A program made the position numbers and the translations under genes. The notes below the pieces were generated by a model. The model had not been told where the DNA came from. It did no database searches and worked only from the letters and a program-made list of their open reading frames with translations. From NCBI GenBank assembly GCA_963727775.1, contig CAVSHB010000001.1, forward strand, positions 800,001-864,000: a stretch of DNA of 64,000 nucleotides. The letters are read 5' to 3'. Each line of letters starts with the position of its first letter. The first letter of the stretch is position 1. Source of the DNA: an uncultured Nitrospiraceae bacterium (GTDB lineage: Bacteria; Nitrospirota; Thermodesulfovibrionia; Thermodesulfovibrionales; SM23-35). Below, one piece after another: positions 31,581 to 41,447 of the stretch.

Positions 31581-32348
31581 TTAGGGGATACTCAGCGAGT
31601 CAAGTATACCGAATAGTGCAGTCACCGATATTGAATCAGCGGGCAGCCGGAAGATCGGTTTCCCCTGAAGGTCAAACATAGATATTACAGGGTCCTGGGG
31701 TACGATGCCGGCTACTCGAAGCCCGTCCTTTTCAGCGCGGGCTTTTAATTCAGCGCCTTTATTATCGGAGACTCTATTGATGATTACCTTGCGCATGTCG
31801 ATCTCAAGCTGCAGGTCGTCAACAAGATCGTCAATCCGTTTTGCTGTCTGTATGCCTTTTACAGTCGGATCGCTTACTATGAGCAAAAGATCGACCTTAT
31901 GGGTAGTCCTTCTGCTCAGGTGTTCCATCCCGGCCTCGTTATCTATAACAACGTACGGGTAAGATTCCGAGAGTTTGTCCGTATATTTTCTGATGATGTT
32001 ATTTGCAGCACAATAACATCCCGGACCTTCAGGTCTTCCCATTACCATTAAGTCAAATCCCTTCGATTCTATCAAAGACTGCTGGACCTGATAATCAAAG
32101 AGCTGCTCCATGGACATGCCGCCGGGCCTTTCGCCGCCGCTTCTTATTACTCCCAGTGATTTTTCTCTTAAAGCGCCGATTGTTGCGTGGACATCGACCC
32201 CGAGGGCTTCATTGAGACAGTTGTTCGAATCCGCGTCAACAGCAAGCACTGGCTTTCTCTTTTTCTCAACGATATAACGGATTGCAAGCCCCGCGATAGT
32301 AGTCTTTCCGGTGCCGCCTTTGCCTGCCAATGCAATAACAAACGCCAT
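31581..32348 (-). CDS. cooC: CooC/AcsF nickel-insertion ATPase
   Basis: GKGGTGKTT, GPGCYC, DNEAGMEHLSR. Confidence 0.93.
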   Translation of the reverse strand: MAFVIALAGKGGTGKTTIAGLAIRYIVEKKRKPVLAVDADSNNCLNEALGVDVHATIGALREKSLGVIRSGGERPGGMSMEQLFDYQVQQSLIESKGFDLMVMGRPEGPGCYCAANNIIRKYTDKLSESYPYVVIDNEAGMEHLSRRTTHKVDLLLIVSDPTVKGIQTAKRIDDLVDDLQLEIDMRKVIINRVSDNKGAELKARAEKDGLRVAGIVPQDPVISMFDLQGKPIFRLPADSISVTALFGILDSLSIP

Positions 32349-32432
32349 AGATTAATTATACAATTAGTTGAAATTTTTATATAATAAGACTGAAAAAGAT
32401 TGAATTATGAAACCCTTAATAAATGGGATAAT

Positions 32433-32933
32433 ATGGCATATTTCTTAACATATTTAATTAGGTGTATTTTATGTTCCGGCCTGTTTTTTCTATTTTTGTC
32501 GTTTATGACAACCCCGTCTTTAACATTTGCTCAGACAAAAGGCAGACTCCCGGGCTATGTAGGTGCGGATGCCTGTAAAGAATGCCATGAGAATGAATAC
32601 AGGAATTTTATGTCCTATGCCAAAAAAAGCACATCGTTTAAAAGTATCGAAAGGCTAAAAAAGGGACTGACTGAGGAAGAGATGAAGGGGTGCTATCTTT
32701 GCCATACCACCGGATATGGTAAGCCCGGCGGTTTTGTGAGCCTCGAAAAGACGCCCCATCTTAAGAACGCAGGATGTGAAGTGTGTCACGGACCCGGAGA
32801 ATTTCATATCAGGACCAGAAACCCTAAAGAAATGAAAAGGCGTCTGACAATTAAAGATTGCGAGGTATGTCATACATCGGAAAGGGTGAGGGCGTTCAGA
32901 TACAAACCCATGATCCACGGTGGAGCACACTAA
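32433..32933 (+). CDS. Tetraheme cytochrome c (c554-like)
   Basis: CKECH, CYLCH, CEVCHGPG, CEVCH; N-terminal export signal. Confidence 0.92.
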   Translation: MAYFLTYLIRCILCSGLFFLFLSFMTTPSLTFAQTKGRLPGYVGADACKECHENEYRNFMSYAKKSTSFKSIERLKKGLTEEEMKGCYLCHTTGYGKPGGFVSLEKTPHLKNAGCEVCHGPGEFHIRTRNPKEMKRRLTIKDCEVCHTSERVRAFRYKPMIHGGAH

Positions 32934-32979
32934 TAATACAATCCACAAAGCTAATAATGAGGGATGAAGGATTAAGAAA

Positions 32980-35679
32980 ATGTTCGGTTTTATAAAAAAG
33001 CGTTTGGGCTACAAGATAATGGTTGCCATGCTTACCATTATCCTGCTGGTGCTGCTGGCCGAAATCTATATGAGGATATATTTCGGGACGAAAGACAGGC
33101 TGGAAATTGCAGCAACGCTCAGCGCTGAGCTGTCTGACTCGATCTATGCCGGCATTAAATATCCTATGGAACTTGGAGATAGCGAGGCCATTAAACGTGA
33201 ATTAACCGATATCAGAGAGAAGATGAAAGATGTTGAGGTATTCATTTGTGATTTTGAAAAAGAAGTGGTCTATTCAACGCATATCAATAAAGTAAAAACG
33301 AATTTAGAGGACTCCATACAGAGCAAGCCCATAGCAAAAGCATTGTCAGATTCACTCGAAACGGGTATTTCACCACCTGTTGATCCGGGAAAGCCTCTGG
33401 AGGATATTGTCTCAGGGAGAAGACTTATTGTTGTCATGCGCCCTATTCTGAATGAGAAAGACTGCTACCATTGTCATGGTTCATCAAAAAAGGTTCTCGG
33501 AGGAATTGTAGTAAGGCTTGACGCAGAAAGGACCTATGCCCAGGTTGTAGCACAGCGGAACAGAACAATCATGATTGTTCTGTTCCTTATTCCCATAGCG
33601 GTTGTTCTAGTTTTCTTAATGGTAAATCAGCTCGTAAGACATCCGGTAGAGAGACTGGCGGATAAGGCAAAAAAGTTTGCAGATGGAGACATGTCTGTCA
33701 AGATAGAAGTTAAGACCGATGATGAAATCGGAATTCTCGGGAAGACTTTTAATTATATGGTCGACAGTGTCTCTTCTTTCAGCCAGAAGCTGGAGGAGGA
33801 AGTCAAGAGAAAATCCGTATTACTGAACGAAAGAACAAGGCTTATGAATTTACTGGAAAGGGCCAATAAAGATCTCAGGGAATTGGATAAAATGAAGTCA
33901 ACGTTTCTTGCAAACATGTCTCATGAGCTTCGTACCCCCATGAATGCGATTATCGGCTATACCGACCTTTTGATAGACGGGGTGGATGGTCCGATCAACG
34001 AAGAACAGGAAAAGAGCCTGAACAAAGTTGCAACGAATTCGAGACATCTTCTGCAATTGATCAATGACGTCCTTGATATCTCGAAGATTGAAGCCGGAAA
34101 GATGAAAATCAATCCTAAAGAACTTGATCTGAGATGGCTGATTGAATCTGCAACGCCTACATTTGAACCCCAAATGAGAATGAAAGGGATTACACTTACG
34201 GTCAATGTCCCTGATGGTCTGCCCCATGTGTATGGTGATGAAGCCAGGCTGAAAGAGGTCCTGATAAATCTGTTGTCCAATGCGATTAAGTTTACCCATG
34301 AGGGGGGAATTACCATATCTGCACGGCTTTCAGAAAGAGGAGTGAATCTGGGAGAATCACCGCTATTCATGGAAATTTGTGTTCAAGATACAGGGATCGG
34401 AATAAAAGAAGAAGACCTCGGGAAGATCTTTGATAAATTTGTTCAGGCAGACCTTACCACTGTGCGTCAGTACGAAGGTACAGGTCTTGGCCTGAGCATT
34501 GCCAGGGGACTGATATCGCTGCATAAGGGCATGATTTGGGTGACGAGCAAATTAGGGGAAGGAAGCAAGTTCTGCTTTACCCTTCCTTTGAAGAAAGAGA
34601 TGCTTGAAACATCTTCTGAACCGGTCGTTGAAACAAGGATGGCGGAATCCCTTGCTGATTATTTCGGAAAACCTGTAGAGGATTTCTTAAAGGAGCCGGA
34701 ATACGAAGGTAAACCGATACGGTGCTGGGAGTATGTCCGTTGCGGACAACCGAGTTGCCCTGCATACGGGAGCAAGGAAGGAAGATGCTGGATGATTATG
34801 GGGACCCATTGCGCGGGAATGAAAGTTGCGGCGTATCCGGAGAAGGTAGATTTTTGTAAAGGTTGTGAGCTTATGAAAAGCGTTCTCAAGCAATCTCAAA
34901 AAGAGTATCCGGGAGGAGTTGTAACAACAATAATGCCGGACAAGAAAATTATTATGGTTATTGACGACAATCCGGAGGCCATTGATATCATTTGCAAATA
35001 TCTCGGTGATGATTATTCCGTGGTAGGTCTCCTCGGCGGTGAGGCGGCGGTAGAAAAGGCCAAACAAATAAAACCTATGGCGATCACCCTGGATATTATG
35101 ATGCCGAGGAAGGATGGATGGCAGGTCTTAAGAGAGCTCAAGCATGATCCCGATACCCAGGATATCCCGGTAATTATCATGTCTATTGTTGATGACCAGA
35201 GGATGGGATTCAGTCTCGGTGCGGCAGAGTATATTGTGAAACCGGTCGAAAAGGACGTGCTTTTGAGAAAGTTGAAGACACTTGAGAGAATGACAAAAAT
35301 AAAGAGAATACTCATTGTGGATGATGATGCAAGCGCGGTAAGGCTAATAGGCACTGTTCTTGAAGAGGCTGGATATCAGGTAACGACTGCCTATAACAGT
35401 GAAGATGCGGTAAGGTCCATAGAGAATTTCAGGCCGGACCTTATTGTTCTCAATCTCACCATGCCGAAGACCGGTTTTGATGTAATTGAATACATCAAAA
35501 CAGCACAAGCAGACAAGGACATCCCTTTAATTGTACTGACCCAAAAGGACCTCACAGAAAAAGAGGCCGATGACCTGAATGGCAGAATACACGGCATTTT
35601 GAACAAGGTTGTTCTGACAAAAGAAGACCTTTTGCAGGAATTGAAGAATACCATTACCCGGATGAGCGGCGCTCCATGA
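32980..35679 (+). CDS. Hybrid sensor histidine kinase (heme-c sensor, HAMP, HisKA, HATPase, Cys-rich CW module, two receivers)
   Basis: CYHCH, DEIGIL, SHELRTP, GTGLGL, CWEY..C...CW...C..CKGC, TLDIMMP, VLNLTMP. Confidence 0.93.
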   Translation: MFGFIKKRLGYKIMVAMLTIILLVLLAEIYMRIYFGTKDRLEIAATLSAELSDSIYAGIKYPMELGDSEAIKRELTDIREKMKDVEVFICDFEKEVVYSTHINKVKTNLEDSIQSKPIAKALSDSLETGISPPVDPGKPLEDIVSGRRLIVVMRPILNEKDCYHCHGSSKKVLGGIVVRLDAERTYAQVVAQRNRTIMIVLFLIPIAVVLVFLMVNQLVRHPVERLADKAKKFADGDMSVKIEVKTDDEIGILGKTFNYMVDSVSSFSQKLEEEVKRKSVLLNERTRLMNLLERANKDLRELDKMKSTFLANMSHELRTPMNAIIGYTDLLIDGVDGPINEEQEKSLNKVATNSRHLLQLINDVLDISKIEAGKMKINPKELDLRWLIESATPTFEPQMRMKGITLTVNVPDGLPHVYGDEARLKEVLINLLSNAIKFTHEGGITISARLSERGVNLGESPLFMEICVQDTGIGIKEEDLGKIFDKFVQADLTTVRQYEGTGLGLSIARGLISLHKGMIWVTSKLGEGSKFCFTLPLKKEMLETSSEPVVETRMAESLADYFGKPVEDFLKEPEYEGKPIRCWEYVRCGQPSCPAYGSKEGRCWMIMGTHCAGMKVAAYPEKVDFCKGCELMKSVLKQSQKEYPGGVVTTIMPDKKIIMVIDDNPEAIDIICKYLGDDYSVVGLLGGEAAVEKAKQIKPMAITLDIMMPRKDGWQVLRELKHDPDTQDIPVIIMSIVDDQRMGFSLGAAEYIVKPVEKDVLLRKLKTLERMTKIKRILIVDDDASAVRLIGTVLEEAGYQVTTAYNSEDAVRSIENFRPDLIVLNLTMPKTGFDVIEYIKTAQADKDIPLIVLTQKDLTEKEADDLNGRIHGILNKVVLTKEDLLQELKNTITRMSGAP

Positions 35680-35686
35680 ACAACGT

Positions 35687-37315
35687 ATGAAATTCCTATT
35701 GTCCCTTCTTTTTTTTATTCTCCTTCCCCTTGATGCCTGGGCTTTCATCCCTCATGAATATCCGGCGATTTATGTCCATATGCTTTCGCTTATTTTTTGC
35801 TTTGTTGCACTGCTTGTTGTCCTGTGGGCTTTCATCCGTCGCGGGTTATATAAAGAAAGGAGATGGAAATACCTTTTTCTCTCTGCGATATTTCATGCCA
35901 TATGGAATGCAAATGTGATCATTGGTCGCATTGCGGAGGCCTTGTGGATAGAGAAGTCACAGGTAATAGGTGATACAGCGGGATGGCACTATTTTGCGCG
36001 GCAAATAACAATTGAAGGGGCGGAATACTTCTATTACATAGGAAGACTCGATTTTGTGCTGCTGAATGTAGCGATGCTGTTTTTTTATATCTGGCTGAGA
36101 GAGCATCTTCAAAAAGATCCCGAAGAGCACGGCATATCGACAGCGGCATTATTGCCGTTGTTCCCGATCTTATTTACGGAAATAGCGGGCAACACTATAT
36201 TTATTGTTCTCTCGACTCTGTGCCTTGTTACCAGTGTTAAGCTCTATAAAAGGGACCGGGCGAATGTACTTTGGAGATACATGGTAGGGCTTTCCTCAAC
36301 GTATTTTATGTTTTCCATTTCAAGGTCCTTTGGTCATATCTTGAAAAATATTCTTGTACCGACAGGAAATCAGGGTATTTGTGATATTCTTTATCTCGAT
36401 GCTATTGGGGGAAGCCTTAATACATTTATTCGTTTTTTGTTGGCAACGCTGACTCTCTTTTTTATATGGATATACGAGACCTATCTCGAGATATCTGAAG
36501 ACAAAAGACAATTGCAGACAAATGTTGCGGAAAGGACCGGCCTTATCGAGCAATTGGAAAGAGACAAAATAGAACTTCAGGAGCTTGATAAAATGAAATC
36601 AGCCTTCATGGCGAACATGTCTCATGAACTCCGTACTCCTATGAATACTATTATCGGGTATAGTGAGATGTTGCTTGATAGGGTAGACGGGCCTTTGAAC
36701 AATGAACAGGAAAGGAGTCTCGAAAAGGTAAAGGACAGCGCCAGGCACCTTCTCAAATTAATCGACGATGTCCTTAATATATCCAGAATAGAATCTGCAC
36801 AGATGAAACTGGAGATCAGAGAACTGAATATGAAGAGCGTAATTAAATCGGTTGTTCATTTATTTGATTTATTAATAAGAGAAAAGGGCCTGACTCTCTC
36901 AGTGAATGCGGATGAAAAACTACCCATTGTTTACGGTGATGAAGAAAAAATAAGACAGGTCCTGACAAACCTGCTGTCGAATGCCGTCAAATTCACCCGC
37001 AGGGGCGGGATAACCATAACTGCTTCGCTCTCCGATATGGGTATCAATCCCGGAGAACAACCTTTGTTTATGGAGATATGCATAGCTGATACCGGCATAG
37101 GGATAAAGAATGAAGACCTTGGAAAAATATTTGACAAATTTGTTCAGATCGATTTTACCTTAGTGCGCCAGTATGAAGGTACGGGGTTAGGACTCAGTAT
37201 TGCAAAAGGACTGGTAAAATTGCACAAAGGAACGATATGGGTAAGCAGTCAATATGGTGAGGGAAGCACATTCTGTTTTACCATCCCTCTGAAAAAGGAA
37301 ATACTCGAAAAGTGA
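35687..37315 (+). CDS. Polytopic membrane sensor histidine kinase
   Basis: Multiple TM helices then SHELRTP, NAVKF, DTGIG, GTGLGL. Confidence 0.92.
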   Translation: MKFLLSLLFFILLPLDAWAFIPHEYPAIYVHMLSLIFCFVALLVVLWAFIRRGLYKERRWKYLFLSAIFHAIWNANVIIGRIAEALWIEKSQVIGDTAGWHYFARQITIEGAEYFYYIGRLDFVLLNVAMLFFYIWLREHLQKDPEEHGISTAALLPLFPILFTEIAGNTIFIVLSTLCLVTSVKLYKRDRANVLWRYMVGLSSTYFMFSISRSFGHILKNILVPTGNQGICDILYLDAIGGSLNTFIRFLLATLTLFFIWIYETYLEISEDKRQLQTNVAERTGLIEQLERDKIELQELDKMKSAFMANMSHELRTPMNTIIGYSEMLLDRVDGPLNNEQERSLEKVKDSARHLLKLIDDVLNISRIESAQMKLEIRELNMKSVIKSVVHLFDLLIREKGLTLSVNADEKLPIVYGDEEKIRQVLTNLLSNAVKFTRRGGITITASLSDMGINPGEQPLFMEICIADTGIGIKNEDLGKIFDKFVQIDFTLVRQYEGTGLGLSIAKGLVKLHKGTIWVSSQYGEGSTFCFTIPLKKEILEK

Positions 37316-37377
37316 ATCTATTCTATATAATAGATACTATAGCATTTTTTTGAAAAATCAAAGAGGGTAAAACGGCT

Positions 37378-37779
37378 ATGCCAAGGAAGATACTAATCGT
37401 TGAGGACAATCAGGACAACCGGGAACTTGTCATTAAGGTTCTCAGGAATAAGGGCTTTGAAACAGTTGAGGCTGTTGATGGAGAGGATGCTATCGAAAAG
37501 GCACTCTCAGAAAAACCTGACCTGATATTGCTGGATATATCACTCCCTAAATTGGACGGGTACGAAGTGGCGAAAAGACTCAAGAGCATGGAGGAATTCC
37601 AGGAAATTCCCATAGTGGCTTTTACCGCTCATGCAATGAAGGGGGACCGGGAGAAGGTCATTGTTGCGGGTTTCGAAGGATATATCTCAAAACCAATTAA
37701 TATCCGTGAATTACCCGATCAGATAAAGTCTTATATAAGAGGGAAAAGGGAGAGTGTTCTGGGTGGAGAAGAAAAGTAA
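37378..37779 (+). CDS. Single-domain response regulator (DivK/CheY-like)
   Basis: IVEDN, LLDISLP, YISKP. Confidence 0.92.
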   Translation: MPRKILIVEDNQDNRELVIKVLRNKGFETVEAVDGEDAIEKALSEKPDLILLDISLPKLDGYEVAKRLKSMEEFQEIPIVAFTAHAMKGDREKVIVAGFEGYISKPINIRELPDQIKSYIRGKRESVLGGEEK

Positions 37780-38824
37780 GATATTAATTGTTGATGATGC
37801 TGAAGATACCGTAGAGCTCTTGAAAAAGAGGTTTCGTGCTGAAGGATATGATACGGCAGAGGCATATAACGGTGAAGAAGCACTCAATAAGGTACCTGAA
37901 TATGACCCTGATCTTATCGTCCTGGATGTCATGATGCCGAAAATCGACGGCTATGAGGTATGTCAGAGGCTGAAGGCAGATGAAAAGACAAAATATATTC
38001 CCGTACTCATGCTGACGGCAAAAGGGGAGGTTGAGCATAAGGTAAAAGGTCTGAATATCGGAGCCGATGATTATATGGCCAAGCCATTTGATTATAAAGA
38101 ACTTGCTGCCCGCATCAGATCGTTGCTTGCCATTAAGGCAACGCATGAAAAAAAGGTGGTGGAGGAAAAAACAGGGGCACTGGAGCAGATGATGGACCAG
38201 GTTGCCCATGAAATAAGAAACCCTCTCACCTCCATCGGCGGTTTTGCCCGAAAGGTCTATGGAAGGCTTCCGGAGGGTGATCCCAACAAAAAGTATATGG
38301 AAATGATCATAGAAGATGTCGGTGTTCTCGAGAGTATGATAAAGCAGCTGATTGAGCTCAAAACAATGGATATCTCTTACAGCGAGCCCTCGAATATGAA
38401 TGAGGTGATAAAGGAAGCCCTTCAGGTGTTTGAGCAGGATTTCCGGCAAAAAGCCATACATGTGGAACTTGAATTAATGTCTGATCCCCCCATGGTTCCT
38501 TTGGACAGAAAACTGCTTAAAAGAGCTTTTTGTAATATTATCAAGAATTCTGTTGAAGCTATGGAGATAGAACCCATGAAACTGAGGGTTGTCAGCCGGC
38601 TAATCGGAGATCATCTGGAGATACAGATATCCGATACTGGCGTGGGTATCTCTCAGGAAAAGATAAAAAATATCTTTGACCCGCTGGTAACCTCAAAGAT
38701 TTATGGTCCGGGACTTGGCCTGACTTTTGCGCTTAAGATAATCCAGGACCACAAAGGGACCATCTCGGTAGAGAGCGAGCCCGGAAAAGGCACTGTTTTT
38801 ACGATAAGATTCCCGGTAGAGTAA
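37763..38824 (+). CDS. Receiver-histidine kinase hybrid
   Basis: [27 protein letters not shown]; start uncertain (GTG 37754 or 37763). Confidence 0.9.
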   Translation: MEKKSKILIVDDAEDTVELLKKRFRAEGYDTAEAYNGEEALNKVPEYDPDLIVLDVMMPKIDGYEVCQRLKADEKTKYIPVLMLTAKGEVEHKVKGLNIGADDYMAKPFDYKELAARIRSLLAIKATHEKKVVEEKTGALEQMMDQVAHEIRNPLTSIGGFARKVYGRLPEGDPNKKYMEMIIEDVGVLESMIKQLIELKTMDISYSEPSNMNEVIKEALQVFEQDFRQKAIHVELELMSDPPMVPLDRKLLKRAFCNIIKNSVEAMEIEPMKLRVVSRLIGDHLEIQISDTGVGISQEKIKNIFDPLVTSKIYGPGLGLTFALKIIQDHKGTISVESEPGKGTVFTIRFPVE

Positions 38825-38841
38825 TCAAGAAAGGGGGGAAT

Positions 38842-39297
38842 ATGTTAAAAGAGTTCAAAGAATTTGCCTTACGTGGAAATGTAGTTGATATGGCTGTTGG
38901 AATTATTATCGGTGCAGCTTTTGGTACCATCGTCAATTCGCTCGTATCTGATATCCTTATGCCGCCCATCGGTATCCTCTTCGGGAATGTTGATTTTTCA
39001 AGCTTCTTTATTGTTCTCAGGGAAGGTAAGATTCCCGGCCCTTATCTTTCACCCGCTGCCGCCAAGGCTGCCGGGGCAGTTACGATTAATTACGGTATAT
39101 TCGTGAATACAATTATGAGCTTTTTGATTGTGGCCTTTGCAGTATTTCTTGTTGTTCGCAATATCAACAAACTTAGAAGACAGGAAGAAGCCCCGCTGGC
39201 GGTCAGCACAACGAAGGAATGCCCTTATTGTCTTTCTGCTATCCCTATTAAGGCTATTCGCTGCGCTCATTGCACCTCTGAGCTAAAGGGTCCATAG
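38842..39297 (+). CDS. mscL: Large-conductance mechanosensitive channel with C-terminal Zn ribbon
   Basis: [29 protein letters not shown]...CAHC tail. Confidence 0.96.
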   Translation: MLKEFKEFALRGNVVDMAVGIIIGAAFGTIVNSLVSDILMPPIGILFGNVDFSSFFIVLREGKIPGPYLSPAAAKAAGAVTINYGIFVNTIMSFLIVAFAVFLVVRNINKLRRQEEAPLAVSTTKECPYCLSAIPIKAIRCAHCTSELKGP

Positions 39298-39392
39298 AAT
39301 TATTTGGATACAGAGAAGAGACGAATAAATCAACCTGTTCTGAAAAGGAGAAAAGCCGAACTGATCCGGCGGCGCGCTATAATATTTGAAAT

Positions 39393-39821
39393 ATGTCATC
39401 CCTCTTCAGTAAGCTTGATAATTTTATTAAAAAAACCCTCTGGGAGATCGAAGAGGACTCTTCCGGAAAACTTAAAAAGCTTCTTATTACCGTTTTACGG
39501 CTTCTTCTTAAAATAGGTCGGGAATTTCTCAATGGTGAAAGCCCTCTACGGGCGTCCAGCCTCGTTTATATAACACTTCTTACATACAGTTGTCCCCATC
39601 TTAGCTGTCTCATCCTCCGTTGTTAAAGCCTTTGGTGTCCATAATATGCAACAGCGTCAGAGACAAGTTTCAGGGTGCTCGCTCGCCTCTTAATGATTTT
39701 GTATCCATTCGGGGATAGAGAACATTATGAGTGAGCTGGAAAATACAATTAATAACACGCTCTCCACAAAGACATTGAAAGAATTGGTTATTTCATATGC
39801 GCCTGATAACCCAAAGACTAA
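39393..39821 (+). pseudogene. YihY/BrkB family gene remnant (frameshift and internal deletion)
   Basis: LRASSLVYITLL then shifted VVPILAV..VVKAFG; short C-terminal piece ELENTINNTLSTKTLKELV ending TAA at 39819-39821. Confidence 0.7.
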
Positions 39822-39824
39822 TTA

Positions 39825-41447
39825 GAGTCTGTCCATAAACTACCGTTTCCTAATTTACGAACAGAAAACTATCCCGGCAGTGCCGGTACCTGTTCGGATT
39901 GTGGTCCTTATACTTCAAAAAGCATGCTGTCGTCATATTTTTCATGATTTCGGACGTGGATATCCCTTTATGCTCCTTTTGTGATCTGCCTTTCGCCTGT
40001 CTTCATTGCATCTGCGTTTGCATCTTCGCAAGGAGCGCTCCTGTCATCACACGAATGTTGTAAACAATCACGTTCCAGTACACCTTGGCATCAAATCGCG
40101 CCCTTGTCTTCCATTCGCACCGGTACAATTCAAAACCCCTTTTCAGATTCGAGATAACTGCTTCAATGCCGCTGCGCCATTTCTTCAGCCGCGTTTCCAT
40201 GTTCGCGCTTCTGACGATGTTCTTAAGCGACCCTTTTATCTTATTGAAGACGATGTTGACGATCCCTTTCCCATGCGCTATCCTCGCATTGTCCTTTGAG
40301 GCATAGCCGCCGTCAGTCACCATATCACGGGGGATTATCTTATAGTTATCCTTGAGACGATCTATCACTGCCCCATAAAGTGTCGCGTCGGCAGGGTTGC
40401 CCTCCAGCACCTTGCAATCAAGTATCAGATTGCTACGGCCTGTCGCAAGGTTTATCTTATGTCCAAATTCTACTTCTCTCCTCCCCTTCACTATGATGTC
40501 CGTATGGTCTTCATAGATCGAAAATATCTTCTCTTCGTTCGGCACAGCCTCCCCAAGGATCTCATGTCGCCGGGAGATGTCATATACTTTCTCCGCCTTC
40601 GGCAACACGTCTTTCAGTTCTTTCCTTGCCGCCTCTGCAATTATCCAGCCTTCTATCGTTTTGGGCAGTTCTGCTGTTAATGCCCTCTCTGCCTGGTTGA
40701 TGCTGCTGCGAAGCAGCTTCAGTTGTTTCTTGAATTCCTCTTCCCGTGCCTCTTTAGCTTTGGTGTTATTGATCTTGTAATGGTTCTTCTTAGCCTGTTT
40801 CTTGTAGCTCCGTACCTTGATCTCCACTCCACTGGCCTTCAGTTTTTTCAATAGTCGATCTATGGTTTTGATGCAGTCCCATATCAATGAGTTGTTTGTC
40901 GGATAATGTATATTTGTCTCTATTACGGTCCCGTCGGTCCGTATGCTTTTGCCGTCTTCAAGCCCTTCGCCTATTGCGGTTTTATTGATCGCTACCATCA
41001 CCTTATCCAGCGCTTCTCCGCTTATCCGGGATATGTATTTCTGATACGCCTCAAAGGAAAACGGCTTCCGGTCGTCAAGTTTGATAAATACCGCGCACAT
41101 CCTGGAATCATGTTGCGCATGCTCAAGCTCACGATAGGTCAGGTTTTTCATCTCTTTGTATATCGCCGCCCTCACTATCTGTTCCACTGTCGGCATGTCC
41201 TGCCTGCCGAGACTGCTGCTTTCTTTGCCCTTGGTTATGTCATCCTTCACTATTTCGTATATCTCAGGATGCTGGTTCAGTATCGTGTCCATTACAGCCA
41301 GTTCCGGATTCAAGGCCCACAGCTCTTTTTCAAATTGCAGTTTCAGTTCCTTCAACAGTTTCAAGGCTTCCTCCACGTTTCTTATTTCCTCTGCAATTTT
41401 ACCATTTCTCTTTTTGTTTCCAGTAGTTATAATTTATAGACAGACTC
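39825..41447 (-). mobile_element. IS5/ISNCY-type insertion sequence
   Basis: Terminal IRs GAGTCTGTC(C/T)ATAAA; flanking TA at 39823-39824 and 41448-41449. Confidence 0.85.
40003..41376 (-). CDS. IS5/ISNCY DDE transposase
   Basis: RTDGTVIETNIHYPT, KIFSIYE, VEFGHK, TDGGY, RSGIEAVISNLKR. Confidence 0.9.
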   Translation of the reverse strand: MEEALKLLKELKLQFEKELWALNPELAVMDTILNQHPEIYEIVKDDITKGKESSSLGRQDMPTVEQIVRAAIYKEMKNLTYRELEHAQHDSRMCAVFIKLDDRKPFSFEAYQKYISRISGEALDKVMVAINKTAIGEGLEDGKSIRTDGTVIETNIHYPTNNSLIWDCIKTIDRLLKKLKASGVEIKVRSYKKQAKKNHYKINNTKAKEAREEEFKKQLKLLRSSINQAERALTAELPKTIEGWIIAEAARKELKDVLPKAEKVYDISRRHEILGEAVPNEEKIFSIYEDHTDIIVKGRREVEFGHKINLATGRSNLILDCKVLEGNPADATLYGAVIDRLKDNYKIIPRDMVTDGGYASKDNARIAHGKGIVNIVFNKIKGSLKNIVRSANMETRLKKWRSGIEAVISNLKRGFELYRCEWKTRARFDAKVYWNVIVYNIRVMTGALLAKMQTQMQ

